Shown here: positions 1-21,900 of the stretch, one piece after another
Layout: each line of letters opens with the position of its first letter
Position numbering within the stretch: position 1 is the first letter of the stretch
Assembly (NCBI GenBank): GCA_030141605.1
Contig: JAQGDQ010000843.1
Location: 24,475-88,474 of the forward strand
DNA length: 64,000 bases
Origin: Tubiluchus corallicola
Lineage: Eukaryota; Animalia; Priapulida
Direction: 5' to 3'
Made by a program: the position numbers and the translations under genes
Notes under the pieces: model-generated
What the model was told of the DNA's origin: nothing
Database searches by the model: none
What the model saw: only the letters and a program-made list of their open reading frames with translations

Positions 1-454
1 TCCCTCGCTCCTCTTCCTCTCTCTTGTTTTTCAAGTTTAAATTGCAAAAATGAAGAGCTCAACAAATATTCAACTGCCAATATTTGTAGCTAATCCTGAT
101 AAACTAACAATCCGAGCAGTGTTAACTAGATTCCGTAGTTAGCACGAACTGCCCCGTCACTTTTACACACTTACTACTACACTTTTACACAACTACTGGT
201 GAACAAAGCCACTAAGCACAGCCTCAGTGTTGCAGAGCTTTAGTCAAAAAGAATACACCCTTGGCTATTTAGATTATCGCGTTTTATTTACATTACGCCT
301 GTACATTAGCTAGAATCTATCGTGAATATGTTAGGCCAATTCATGCAGAGTGCTGAACGAAATAGATACAGTAGCAAGGTTTGAATGTATCCCTAATAAC
401 AATGGTGGCACAAGCATGGCCTCGTAAGCCCATTCTTGGAAAGAGTCTACATAC

Positions 455-3400
455 CCTAACAAGACCTCGCATAAAGTACCCATAATTCTTTTGAAATTGT
501 TCCTTTACGTTCACCAAGTTCGTTTCACAGCAGGTACAAAGAACGCGGATTAGCTGGGTGTCATTCGTGGATGGTCCATGTACGGAATCATAAACTCGTC
601 TGGCCCAATAACTGTATATGTTTTTTGCCATTTCAACTACAAAATTAAACATGGATAAGTAAAAGTAACGTATGGAGTTGTAACGATTGATTGTGCGTTC
701 GATATTATAATACTATGAGTATTAAATTCAAATTCTTATTAAAGTTGGGTAAATCAGCTAGTTTAATTAAATGAAAGAATGCACTGCCGTATTGCTGATA
801 TATGTGTTTTAATTGTAGTGGACTATATTAAGTTGCGTATTGTTAGTGTGTTCAACCAGTCAAGATGGACGGAAATAAACGTGTAACACTATTGTCTCTA
901 CTATCTAGTTTACTGTTGTGAATAAATTTATAAATCGGTATTTTGTTAGTAAATTAATGGAGTTATCAGCTGAATTAGATTCAGTTGATAAATCTCATGC
1001 CTCCCTGATTTTCATAAGATAAATTTATACGGTTGACAGAGAAACTCATCCAGCTGATAAGTACGGATTTAATGCGACGCAAATTATTGCACATGTTAGA
1101 GAAATACATGTGTCTTGTCTAAGAGAAGACACTATTGTCTTGAATAGCTACATGCAGAGTTAAAGTTAATTAAGAGAAGGTCGGTAGCGATGCAGATGTC
1201 GCATAGAGGTGCCTTTATGATAGCAGCCAAGGTCTCTATCAGTGCTCAGCGACATTAGAGAGAGAAATCTGAAGATTTGCCGACGACGGAAAGAGGATCT
1301 CAAAGAGCGAAGGAACACCTTGCTGATTGTAAAATCAGAAATCTCATGGCAGGTGGTATTACCTGCCACAGGTGTTGCTGGATGTTACTATATGGTGCAA
1401 TCTTTTGCAAGGTCAGCTCTCCGAGATACAAACTCTAGTTTTAGACTAGACAGACACACATACGAGGGGTGACGTGAGTGACACATACACGCATGAGGAG
1501 CCGACACGCACAAGGAGTGACATGAGAGAGTCTGACAGAGATTGCTGCTGTAGTGTGTCCGAGACAGTCTTCTAGAAGAGAGGAACATCATTTGACACCA
1601 GTGTAGAGGAGTCTGCATCCTCAGCCATAGACTGAGCACTGGATCAACGAAAGTCTCGTTAAGCTATCTGGAGTTGACCAAGTGTAGGGGTACATTGGTC
1701 AATCCACAAGTTAAGTGGACTTAACATATTTGTATCTGAGAGTAACTCTGCATAACTGTAGTTTCACATTGTATTAAGCACCATAAGTGCAGCATACTGA
1801 ATCGTTGTCAATTAGAGTGAATGAGCACCTTCTCTGGAGCAATACACTAATTGTAAGCGCTCACCAGCGTATAAGGACAAATCTTGTAAAGCAAACCAGA
1901 TTAGATAATGTGTACTCTGTAATTGAATAAATTCAATTCACTGTGGTTGCGTAGATATCGAGTTCTTGTATGACTAAGAGCATTCAAAGTAAAGCAGCAC
2001 TAAATCCTAGATACGAACTTGAGAGATTCGCATTGTACTAATGAAAGCTCAATTGCAGGAGCTACGCTCGATAACTTGAGGGAAGAAGACCTCCACTCAC
2101 AACGCAAGGTCAAAGTGAAAGTCTTGAAGGACAGCATCATTGCCTGATAGACTGAACTAAAGCCCTCGGAGTCAGGTGACAGAATCACCTTATAGCGAAC
2201 GGGAAGCGAATCTAGATAATCAATATAAAATCTGCACAATCTATAAAATTAATTCATGATCACTCGATACGGCTAGATAAAACTATACGATCAATCTATC
2301 GAGAAAAAGGGTCGTGATAATCGCTTATGATGAAAACATGTTAACGAGTTCCATTTCTACCAGTTGACTACCTATCCGAGCCAAGATCAAATGCCGTAAT
2401 GCAGTAATAACAGCTTTATTTTTAGTTTTTTGATGCATTTCCTTTTCTTCCTTTGATTTACGTTTCCGTAGGTGATGTCATGCAATGGCGACTTCAGAAC
2501 GGAAAAAATAATCAAAAATTCCTTTTTATGCGAATACGATATATGCATCAGATTGCAGTAAATAATATGATTTTCAAGGCAGTTTTTCGCCTCAAACCTA
2601 CTTCAGGTACCCCTTCCTTGTCATTCTTAGAACGGAATGAAAATAGGCACTTTTATTTTCTTTTTACAGCTCAAGCTTGGAAGACTCATGAAATTTGGAA
2701 GGATGAGCACAAGCCACAAGTCATTTATTTCGTTACATAATCGTACTTAATCGTTACATTTAATGTGCTCAACACGTGACATTAATGTCAAACCACTGTC
2801 TTGTCATTTCTACCTACTTACCATATGTCAAAAGTGTTTCCTCGGCTAAGCAGGACAGGTCTGCTCCTTTAATTGCATGTTCGATTGGGCGTTTATTGTG
2901 CTCTTCCCATGCTGCGATGCATGCGCGTATGCGATCGTAGCTCCTGAAGGGAAAATATTCACCCAGCAAAGTCGGATACCATGAATTCACAAAATAATCG
3001 ATATCATTTTCCACCCTAGGAAGATCTGGCGGAGGAGGCTGCAAACAAAGAAGTTTTTTACATTGAAAAACGTTTTATGCAGACTTTCATCTTTCAAATG
3101 CAATCAAAGTTTGCGTATACAAACAATATGGACGGGAGAAAAACTAAAGTGGTGTTTTTAGGAGTAATTGAACTTGGCTAGGGCAGAACAGCTTTAGTAC
3201 TCTCTCAGTAAAAACCTTGGAAATCATTTTAATCAGCATTTGCTTTAAGTTGTGTGTTGTCTGCTCGCGCAAATTTTCTAATCACTATCCTATTAGGCCA
3301 AAAAAAGACAAGACATGCAATGCATTTCAGGCCATTCAAGCACAAGTGTGTTTTAAAGAGTCAAACATAATGCATAAAACATGGGCTTAACCTATAAGAA

Positions 3401-6400
3401 TTATGACTCGTACGTACTTCAAAGTAATGCGACAGTAACCCATAAAATGGTGAACTTGATAGTACGTCATCTTTAACACGAGCTTTAACCTTCGAAACTC
3501 CACCTAAAAAAATGTAAAAACAATGATTATTCCTTGCCGGCGTCAGTTAAATAGATAAAATGCACTAAAGCACATAGAAGCTGACTGTCTTGAATCTATG
3601 GCCTAGAGGGTCTTTTTGGTGCATGTGAACACTTTTAAGACAGGCAATTCAATTTTATGGTTTTAATATGATATTTTCAATAATCATATGTACATGGCTT
3701 GAGTTATCGAGCTACTTATGTACATAGTTTCCACTTTTTGTAGTTTCTACGTAGCTTTAAGAATGCCTTAGGCTGAGGCCCAATATTTTATGCTTTTTTG
3801 TTTATGTACTGCACTTTCCTATCAACCATTAACACAATTTTCTTTAAGGATCGATGGTTTAGGAGGTACAAATGATCTTTGGTCCTGACAGTCACAAGCT
3901 AGATGAAGAAGAAATCACTGACGTTGAGTGTAAATGCAAGTATTGGTACTGACACATTTAATACAGTAACCCACTTTTAACAACAACAAAGAAGTGGTGT
4001 TTTTAATGACGAAATGATAGCATTGTGACGTCATATTGACATCATACTTAAAAATATCAGCATTTTTGAAATCCACATGTTCGCTTTGCTATTAGTCAGC
4101 CTAATACATAATTTTTGTCCAGGATCTGGAATTTTTTTGTGCCTGCAGGCACCATCTTCGATTTAGGCATATAATATCAAATTTACTAAGGCCGATTTTT
4201 GACCATTTTATTCACTATACCTGAAACCACATTTTAACAGAATTTGAAGAGAAAAATTCTGTTGCAATTTCTTCTATGTGCAAATTTAATAGGACTATTT
4301 TGACCCTACTTATAAATTTCCTCGATAATTAGTAATAATTATATCTTTTGTGGCATTAAGGACCCCCTGAAAGTCTGGAAGTCATAGGAATACGCGTACC
4401 TAAGATTCTAAAAGGTTCCTTTAGTTCTTCACGACTTCTTGTACCGAAGATCTCAACCAATGCCATCTCATCCGTGCCTGGACCCTATACAAATAGACTG
4501 AGTAATGAAAAAATCCAAAGATACTTTGGCACTAAAATATCAGCTAAACATAGGCTACACACAAAATGCATTTGTCATGAAAGTTATGAGAATTAAAAGC
4601 AACATGAGTAACGTGCATGTCAAATACGATGATGATTTGGACTTCTTGTGCGAAGAGGACGATCAGGAACTTTGATATTCCACAAAGGCAATAAACTTTT
4701 GGCAAAATGTAGGCCTATAATATCTCTTTATCAAGTCAGGCTGTCTCAAATGTCAAGACACGGGGAATACACTCATGTCCAGGAACCAAGTCGGTGAGCT
4801 GCTACAACTCTTCCAAAGACCCTTAGCTCCACAACAAAATTGGACTTTTGGATCTCGCTAAATGTGCTGTTTTGGCTGTGTTTTGCTAGTTTTGGCTTAC
4901 GTGTACTTGGCTGTTAAATGCATAATCTGGAATGTTAACGTACGTCAACTGCCCATTGGAAGAACATTGAATCTCGTAACGATGGGTACATCATCCGGCT
5001 TTCAACGAGCATTTTCATTCTCCAGTCAATTGGTTCTTTAAAATCGTCCCGTATCACATATAAGCAATTCTGAAATGGAGGCCAATCTCATTTAGTATTT
5101 AATTCTGTAAACAAGAGTGGTTCTTTTTTATACTCAAGAAAAAGTTAACCTACGATTTAGATTGTTCTGTGACAATTAACAAGTGAAAATGCATCACAAA
5201 ATTTATTTGATATATGCCTATAATGGCAACGTAGATTAGGAGCAAGAGATCTGAAAAGACAAGAGTTTTAAAACTGATATTCTTCACTCGCTCAGGTCTG
5301 CTAACCAATTTTTAACTATATCAAATCAAATCAAATCAAGTTTATTGTTCTCTGTAACATTTCAGAAATGTAAACATAAACGCTGTTAGTAAAGTAAATC
5401 TAAAATCAGAGAGATAAGGTAGCAAATTGACTAAAAAGTCATCAATTCAGCTACCCTTTATTGGGCAATAAATTAGGTTAATCAGGGCACTGGTAAACAC
5501 GGTAGATAAGCAAAGACGTAAAGTTGTCTGTTGAGTAATTGTAGATAATTGTCAATTGAATTCATAATTTTTATCTGTAAAATTTGATAAGTTTTATATA
5601 TATATATATATATTATTGAGTTATTTTCATCAAAATTAAATATCTAAGCAAAGCAAATTAAAAACGGGTGAAAGTGAAAAAAAATAGTTGTTTTGAGAAG
5701 ATCCGTAATAGTAGACTTTTAGTAGAACTGGAAACAAAAAAATGATAATAACATTCTACATACAACACCATTATTGTACAGCAATATAATATTACTGTGT
5801 AACAATATGATGATCGTGCAATATACATAGTAATACAATAGTATTTACAAAGATCTACTGCTATTATTATTATTGTTTTGGATAATAAAATAGTATTATT
5901 ATCCATATTTGCAAATATAGTCAGTTATGTAATTAAATAATTATACTACAGATATATACATTTAACAAGCTTCTTAGGTGTAAATATACGTAATCAAGTT
6001 ATTTGAATCGAAATTAAATATATAAGTAGAGCATATATTTTGTTTAGAAAAAGAATGAGAGAAGAAAATGAACGTTATTTTGAAAAGACCCGCATGATCT
6101 GTAGTAAAAACAAAATTTCATGCAATACTAATATTAACTAGCAAAGGCCCGCAAAACATTTTGCGTATAAATACACTTATAATCAACAATACGCGGACAT
6201 TATACCTTATCTTCATTTATAGTCAGAATTTATATTCAATGTCAGAACAATGACTATGTGTCAGCAGTTAAATAAGTGATAATCTTGCAAAATAAACCCC
6301 CTATTAACTCGTAGGTGCGCCTCTTGGTGGAGGCGTCCTAAACTGCGACCCACACCATCTTGTAGTATTTTACCCTCCCATAGAGTCCCGCCCAGAATTA

Positions 6401-7172
6401 TTTCTCGCCGACAGTCCCGCCAAGCACCACTATTATGTTTTTTATATGTTATTTGATAAACAAATTGGAAAAAATCGGGAGTTGGTTCCGGAAAAACGCC
6501 CGTCAGGGGACACCGTTGCCCAAGCGTAAATTATAAGTATGCCAGCTACATCCACCGTTGAACGGGCTATCAAACTATTACCAACGCCACACATGGCCCG
6601 TTCCTGTTCGCCAGAAATAGGACGTATAAGTTTAGCAAGTTTTTGCAAAAAATTAGTCAAAAAAGGGCGTTTTGGAGTTTTTCCCCCTTCGACCCAGTGG
6701 GCCCGATTCGAAAAACATGGGCATAATGAGACAGACACTAGACTTGTCGGTTGTTATTTAGATCATCAAAAATGGTGCCCTGGTTGGAACTGTAGACTTG
6801 AATTTTATATATAAACAAATATATAAACCCCATAACGCCGAAATTAATATATACGATGTATTACATTTTTGCAAAATAATTGAATAACTCAAAATGTCAA
6901 AAATTAAATCATGAATATCTATCACTTGTACCAGCTATTACACACACAAGTATAGTGCTGTCACTTACGTCTTTATACAGGTCAACGAAAGCTATCTGCA
7001 TTTCCCGTATTTGATAGCCGTCCCTGGTTGTCAGCAGGTTTATGATTGTGTCTTCATCAGTTCCTATAAATTCACCAATTCATATTAATTATTATTTGAT
7101 TGCTATTTTTCTGCTTCTTCTGCGGTAACTGTATAAAGTTAGTTTCTCTCTCTCTCTCTCTCTCTTTCTCTT

Positions 7173-7248
<76 letters not shown>

Positions 7249-7254
7249 TCTCTC

Positions 7255-7316
<62 letters not shown>

Positions 7317-7591
7317 TCTGTTTTTCTTTGCTACCTGACTGCCTGATCACTGATGCCTATATCTGTTATTTAGACTGAGTTGTCTTTATTTCCGTCTGTC
7401 TGCTATAAGTTTAATTTCTATCTAGAGCTTAGGGTATATTCACGTGCAATAGACAACTCACCAGGTCCTTTTACTGCTTTCATAAGGGCTCTTGCGTCTT
7501 TGCGCGCATTAAATTCCGGTGATGGCTTCACAGTTCCCTGAGGTCCGCGCTGCACAAAAATTAGGTTTATGTTCCTCGGATTTGGTTCCAT
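455..7591 (-). CDS. Divergent annexin, tandem copy 1 (7 coding exons visible; last exon lies left of the window)
   Basis: GT-AG exons in phase: 7591-7462 (ATG; MEPNPRNINLIFVQRGPQGTVKP...MKAVKGP), 7063-6969 (GTDEDTIINLLTTR...), 5069-4944, 4484-4400 (GPGTDEMALVEIFGTRS), 3503-3418, 3038-2822, 636-455 (YWARRVYDSVHGPSTNDTQLIRVLCTCCE). The KGxGTDE, GTDE..L.EI..TRS and A.R.YDS..G..T.D..LIR motifs are annexin repeats 1, 2 and 4. Confidence 0.9.
679..2238 (+). mobile_element. Possible solo LTR or LTR-like insertion in an annexin-1 intron
   Basis: About 1.56 kb starting TGTAACG and ending TGCACA, higher GC than its flanks, AATAAA near 1926. Only the first ~45 nt are kept in copy 2 (12471-12515). No TSD found. 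Confidence 0.35.
6440..6720 (-). mobile_element. Interspersed repeat fragment (also 17320-17590 and, inverted, ~20900-21140)
   Basis: Shared blocks tttttcgaatcgggcccac...aaacttatac...gaacgggcca at three loci. Class not determined. Confidence 0.6.
7143..7320. repeat. (CT)n microsatellite
   Basis: Direct reading; a shorter paralogous tract is at 18020-18120. Confidence 0.97.
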
Positions 7592-8054
7592 TATGTATCG
7601 TTTATGTGAAATTAAGGTAGCTAACACAAGGCGTACCCTAAAACAATGTGTCCAAGCCGTAGACTATGTTTGAGTGTTTCACTTAAATTTGTAAATTGGA
7701 GCTTTATGTCGATTTTCTAGCTGTTGTACACGGAAGTTTTGATAATAATTTTTGATGGTCTTTTGCTGTGAGCCGCTATGAAGCAAACAGTAGCAACCGT
7801 TAAATGTGTGTAACTAAGCAACGCTTATAATCGGTGACTAACAGACTATAGATGGCAGCACGGATGTTTTGATGACACTTTTTGTTGGGCTTCTGATGTG
7901 AGCGGGAAGTAGCAACCGTCAAGTGTGTGTTGTAACAAAGCAGCGCTTATAATCGATGACAGACTATAGATGGCAGCAAAGTTCTACTCTGCTGTTAGAC
8001 CTTTCATTTCCAGTTTTGCAGGTTAGTTTATTCCTATAACTTTTGCAAATCTAC

Positions 8055-8107
8055 CTAGAGTCGTTCAGGCTGTAATTTTAGATTAGGTTTACCTTGAATT
8101 ATTTATA
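8055..8107 (-). promoter_or_regulatory. Putative TATA box and short non-coding first exon of annexin copy 1 (paralogous site at 18723-18775)
   Basis: TATAAAT on the minus strand (8101-8107; 18769-18775) followed about 50 nt later by CTAG|GTAGAT. The block is conserved in both copies near the end of their homology. Confidence 0.4.
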
Positions 8108-10149
8108 TGTTATAAATTCCATCGTCAACTTTGTACAGGTGACCATTTGACGCTTGCTACTTGCGCGTCATATATGTAGCATTAGTAGTCTGTGCTTATT
8201 GTATTAACTATGCGATAAAGTGAATACTTATCTATGATTGGTTGTTCTTCTGAGTTCTATTTAATGTTAGAGCTGTGATAAAAAGTAATAATTTAAATGC
8301 GCCAAATCATGTAAGTTGCAATAAATTATATTTTGGGTGGCCACTCTTTTAATCAAATAGTGGTGCGGTTTTTCTTACAAAGTCATGAATTAATCTAAAT
8401 TACATATTTCAATAGCAGCAAAACATTTTAATTAACAACTCGTAGACGTAAGCATTATGCACCTTTTTCTATAAAAACAAATTAGACTATATATATTTCC
8501 ACGCATTTGTTTGAATTCTAGTCAACAAATTAACAACCAGGCCGATGTCTCTTCCACAAACTTCTGAAAAAAGAGCATTTTTCACATGGTGCCTCACACC
8601 GGTTTTGCTCAAATTAAGTCCGTAAATATTTAAAGTTTGGGCACTTGACAAGCAGTTTAAGTCTTTCAAATTTTACTGCTGACCAAAAAATTCTTTGCCC
8701 TCGGGAGGGTGCTCTATATTTTTTATAGCCAGCATTATTTTGTATTTTTTTATAAGTTATATGCGCTCGAGTCAAAGGTATTTAGATTAGCGCTACTGAT
8801 ACAAATAAGCCGACGTTGGTAAGACCTGTAGAGAAGCACAAGGCTTACTATAGTGGCTAAGATATAACGCTATAATTTAAATCATACGTTTGTTGTGACC
8901 TTAATCGTAGCCTTTGGTATTATTTATTTTATGCTTCTCGCAAGGCACATAATTTGTGACAGCAAAACTAAATATTGTAATTTCTACCTATTATTTTCAG
9001 CCTCGCATAGTATATAGTCTGATGACATATTTTATTTTGCAGCATATTTTGCTGACGGACATTTTTTCATCATGTTTACGAGTTTAACTATGACGTTTTG
9101 CTGTGCAGATTAAATCTGTGTCATTTTTGTTTATAGCTGTAGCGTAGCGTACCGGCTCCAAGGTCAAGGGGTGGAAAAGGTCTAAGCGTTTATATAGCAC
9201 ATAACTAACTAGTACTAGAAATATTCATTTTTATTTGTTTGCGTATAGCATGTGTACCTCTTAGGGTTTGCAAAAGGCGACTGTTTATCTTTGTGTCCTA
9301 ATCCATTACATTACAGCATACATGTCTGTACAGACTCGTAGTAAAACGGCTCAGATGGAAAAAGTGTTAAAAACACATATGAATCAGAAGACGAACGTCA
9401 CCTTTCTGATTCTCCCCTCAGATGGTTATCAAGAGGTTGAACGTAAGAAGCCTGTTGTTACTGTCACTACAACTGACACGGTTTTCACACTAGCTTCGAC
9501 GACAGCGGCTAAACATGTGACTGCAGGTACGGCTACAATTACCACTACGGCTATGCCTTTGCTGCCTACTTCAGATCCTGCAGCTGCGATGAAAATCGAA
9601 CCCCAGTAAGTGGCAGCCAATGCTAGACTTGCTTCTTTTATGCTTATCCGAGCCAAACAAAATGAACAAATACACAAAGATGAACTAGAAGCCAACACTT
9701 ATCTCAGCTTCTTCTAGTGTTATCTGAGAAAACCCCAGTCAAAATCTGCTGTGGGTTAAAACTTGCATAGCTTCACTCAAGGCCACACTTCAGAAGATAG
9801 GCCAACTGTCAGAATCGATCTGGCAACTATCAGAGCACCACTATGTGCTTGAGCTTACGGTACGCTATACAGATGAAGACATTTTACTGTCTAACCAAGT
9901 GACTTCTCTAATTGCCCAATTAGATATTAACAGTGACAGTGATGACTTATGAATTAGCATCTCGCCTCAGTCACCATCTTCATTTCATCAGTCATCATTC
10001 AGTTCACCGCATGCTTATAGGAAAATTCCCAAACTTGGGGTTAAACCATTTAACTAGATTATACTTAAATGGCAAACCTTTTGGTCAATGTTTTCTGATG
10101 TTGTTGATTCTAATTCTGATCTATCTAAAGTTCAAAAATTTCAGCATTT

Positions 10150-10512
10150 AAAGTATTGCAAGTAACTAAACAGACTAATTTCACAATTTCAAGAAAAAGA
10201 ACGATCAGTACTGGGTATTGCAAGTAACTACACAGACTAACTTTACAAGTTAAAAAAGCAATCAGTGCTGGGTATTGCAAGTAACTAAACACGCTACTTC
10301 ACAAGTTAAAAAAGCAATCAGTATAGATTATTGGAAGTATCTAAACAGGCAAACTTCACAAGTTCAAGAAACAATCAGTACTGGGTATTGCAATTAACTA
10401 AACACACAAACTTCGCAAGTTCAAGAAACAATCGGTACTGGGTATTGCAAGTAACTAAACATGCTAACTTCGGAAGTTCAAGAAACAATCAGTACTGGGT
10501 TTTGCAAATACC
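10150..10512. repeat. ~57-bp minisatellite, ~6.5 copies
   Basis: Unit cagtactgggtattgcaagtaactaaacacgctaacttcacaagttcaagaaacaat. Confidence 0.9.
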
Positions 10513-11339
10513 TGGGTGCGTAAAAAATACCAGCCCACAGGAGTGGGATAAACTATGACACCGTAAAGCGAAATAAGATGTGCGACAGCATTATACTAAT
10601 ACATTTGCTAGGCCCAGAAAAATTACATACTATTTCAAGACTAGACACTGAAAAGACTGAGCTAAGAGAAACTCATCTGCACGTGGCAATGTGTAAACCT
10701 CAAATCCCATTACTTCTATTGTCGTTGTATATATTTTTCACGTGATACTAATATGATATCTACAAAACTTAGAAATAAAGATGTAAATCAAATCGATATG
10801 ATATTTGTGATATGATTTTTATTGCATAAATAAATTGTGTACTGTAAACACCACAAAGGCGGTCATTGTCGCGTTGGCGATGACCAAAAAACAGCCAGTA
10901 AAATTAACGATCAAACTCACTCTTTATGAAGCATGTGAGGCTTGTAAAGAGAATGCAAGAAGAAGAATTCCTTAGGTATGTCCTACTATGATTTTGAAGT
11001 AATACATGAGGAGCATGTCTACTCTAAGTAAGCAAATCAGAGGTGTCAAACAAAAGGCTATCCACTATAAAAATACAATTTTATTACACAATTATATTGC
11101 CATTAGAAATATTAAATTGCCAAAATAAGTTAAAATGAATCTTCAAATAAGAAAATATTTCATGTGGCATTGTAAAATATAGCTATTAGTAAAATGAAGT
11201 AAAGCAATTTATTTTCTACACTCATATGTAGTTAACATTGTAAAGTTGTGGAAAAACACGTATTTAGTCTTCGTATATATGAAAAAAATCTGCAGAAAAG
11301 TTATCCTATTGTGGCTGTTGATGTTGGCACATTGCATCA

Positions 11340-18392
<7,053 letters not shown>

Positions 18393-18908
18393 TATGTATC
18401 GTTTATGTGAAATTAAGGTAGCTAACACAAGGCGTGCCCTAAAACAATGTGTCCAAGCCGTAGACTATATTTGAGTGTTTCACTTAAATTTGTAAATTCA
18501 AATTTTACAGCCCAAAAGTGTCAACCACTTGCAACCGTTACGTGTTTACATAGGTGTAACTAAGCAACGTTTATAATCGATGACTTACAGACTATAGATG
18601 GCGGCAAATCTCCATATCTCCATAGTAACAGTTATGACACCTTCAGACTACGTCGCAACTTCTCATTTACTTATAAATGAGTACTGCAGATTAGTTTATT
18701 CCTACAACTTTTGCAAATCTACCTAGAGTCGTTCAGGCTGTAATTTTAGATTAGGATGAGCTTGAATTATTTATACGGGCTTCATTCTTAAGTTATAGAT
18801 TCCATCGACACCTTTGTACAGACAGTACAGGTGACCATTTGACGCTTGCTATTAGCAAACGTCATAGGATCCGCCCAATTCGTTAGGTTATATTTTTCTT
18901 TTCAACAG

Positions 18909-21900
18909 TTATGTGCTGATTTGTGCGTCAGATACCCATCGTTCGTTGATGATTGAGGCTCCACACAAAAAGTTTCCTTCATAGCCAAGTGTAACCTTAA
19001 AAAATACAATGTATTGAGGATTTAATATCGCTACTAATAGTCGTCAGATAGCGACATGGCCTGCAGCGCATTTTCATGTTGGCCAGTTTACGTAAAACTA
19101 ATTTTCAAGTATGTCAACAGCTTTGTGAAAGTCATGTATGAGGTTGTAGTTGAACACTTTGTAAAAAAAGAATAAAACACTGTACTACATATCTGCACAA
19201 AACTGAAAACGTTTATTAGACTACATACACATATGACTGCTACACTGCACACTGAGGACCAGAGTGTCCTGCACTGATCACAGAGAGTTAGACAGTAAGT
19301 GACATGAGTATCACAACTAGCATGACTTCTGCACTGCATTGAGAGTGAGACAGAGAGTCACATAAGTAGCACGACTGCACTGCACTTAGAGTGTGACAGA
19401 GAGTGACTAGAAGTAGAATCCAGTCAGTATATATAGGTATAGGTAATTATGCAAACTTGGCTTCACAAATACCATTACAGTAAAATAGGGAGAGATCCAG
19501 TGAGTATGCATATTCACTGAACCGAACAATTATACTAGGGGTGAGTTTGGCTAGTAAAATGTAAAGTGATTAGTCAATAGATGGCAGCACCTAAAATATA
19601 CAGTTACAACTTCCACAAGCTTATTTCGTTTGGCCGGAAGTAAGAATTATAAATTTCTTTCGTTATTTTATGCAACAACTTATATGTTCATGTATTCTGC
19701 AGCAATTACAGTTGTAATTTTGTGGATTTAGTGTAGTGCTTAAGTCAGCTTGTCGTCTCTTAACAACAGCAATGACGACGAGAATGATGATTATTTGAAA
19801 CAAAAATAGCGAAAATAAGGATAACCAAGTTGATAACGAACAGCAATGATAATGATGACGAAGTTATAATAACAAAGACAAATAGTGGCGTGATAAATAA
19901 CGTCCTACTCCTTGAACAAAAAGCTGTTGTACCGCTAGTGGTCGCAGTGACGGAAAGTGTGATGGCAGTGACAATGACAGTCGCGAGAAGGACGATAACG
20001 TTGTATTCCTTAAAATAGCTCCCATATATGCAACGAATGTCACAAATGTTTTATGCCCTTGCTAGTTTATAGTAACATTAGTACATTCATTATTTGATTA
20101 CTTTTGTAGGTTTTGGAGCCTATCTTGTCACATTTGCCTTCCATAAAGACGATAGGTTGAGGTGTCCCCCCAGGAATTTCCTACTTCCACCAGGACCACT
20201 TCCTGAAGTTTCTCGCCCATCAAAACCTGACACTAGAGTACAAAAAACTTATTCTTCCTCAAGGCATACACAGTTTCACCATAACTTGTTACGAAATGAA
20301 ATTGATTAATCTTTTACTCATTTACAATGCAGATTCAATCAAATAATGGCGCTGCTTGTGTCATCCGTATTAGTACAAAAAAGCAACTGTGGTATTTTCA
20401 CTTGTTTTGAGTCTATTAATATAGGTTTACTTATAAAACTTTGTTTAATCATTAAGAAACCGAAGTTTATACCATAAAGGGAAATTCTCCATCAGCGGCA
20501 TCTTCTCCACCAATAATCCTTGATTCTGGTGAAATCTGTTCTGCTAAAATGAACTTGCATTGTCATTAGCAAAAACTATGGAAATGGCTACACCAAAAAT
20601 TGATTAGTCAGTAAATTCAAAACAACATTATCACAGAGTAATCACAGTGTCAGAAATAATAGGAAAAGATAGTTATTTAGATTTTAAGTGATGTCTCAAT
20701 TTATGCTCAAGGTGGAATTATAGAATATAATGTTTCTTGTTTTTGTCAATAGATGTCGCCAAATTATCGTATATATTAATTTCGGTGGTATATATATATA
20801 TATATATGGATTTATAACCAACGAAGCTACAGCTCCGACGACAGCATCATTCTCGACGGTTTATACGTCAAATGAAAGCTCTCCACACATGGGTTCGCAC
20901 CCGGGGACTTATTTTTCGAATCGGGCCCACCGGGAGGAACGTTGTCCGAAGAAACTCCAAAACAGCCATTTTTGTCCATTTTTTGCAAAACTTATACCTC
21001 TTATTTTCACAGATACAGAACGGGCCACGGGCGGCGCTGGTAATGATTAAATTGCCCAATCAATGGTGGGTGTAATAGCCGCATTTAGATTTCGCGGAAG
21101 GGCCACGGCGTCCCGTGACGGGCGTTTTCCCGGACCCAACCACACAAATTTTGCAGAAAACTGCTCAAACAGTCTCTAGAAAAACTCAATTTCTGCAACT
21201 GTTTGGGTATGTTGGGGAAAAAATAAGCACACTCACAGAAAGGACAAAAGGGTTCTACAAAATGTTGAAGGTTTGCTTGGGAGAGATGTCCACTAGACGA
21301 AACGGGAAGGTGTATTTCAAAGTTCTTTTTCAACCCCCTGCGCTGTATACTATTTGGAACATCCATTCTCTTTGAGTTTAAGAAACTTTGCGGCTGTTCC
21401 AGGCATTGTTCTCACCCGCTGTTCTATAGCATTATAGATTTTACATGTAAGTGAGTTGTGCTAGCCTATTATCATCTGAGAAGCAGCAAACAAAACAATC
21501 TAGAATATCCGTGCATTATTATCATTGGTAGGCAGTTTCGACATTGTGCAAAATGTTCTGAATGATTTCGCTGTGATACTGTACTGTTGGTGCTGGTGCT
21601 GTAGGTGTCATCATCATTGGCATCATCATCGCCATCAACATCATGATCGCCGTGTGATGTGGTGGGTGTTGTGTGGTGTGGTGGTGGTGTTGTGCTGTGG
21701 GTGCTGTGCTGTGGATGGTGTGGTCGGGTGGTAGGTTGTGTGTGGGTTTGTGGAGTGGTGTGGTGGGTGTGGTTTAGTGAGGTCTGAGTGGTGTGGTGTG
21801 GATGATGTGGCATGGATAATCTGGTGGGGTGGTAGGGTGTAGGCAGCGAGGTGTGGGTGGTGTTGGTGTAGTGTGGTGGATGTGGTTTGTTGTAGGTGGT

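Noticed and set aside
9268-9900. Thr/Ala-rich ORF; possible decayed retrotransposon gag fragment
   Set aside because: Multiple stops and only vague motif resemblance; it cannot be supported without a profile search.
20100-20412. Further protease exons between exons 2 and 3
   Set aside because: Candidate acceptors give frames with early stops and no clear S1A motifs.
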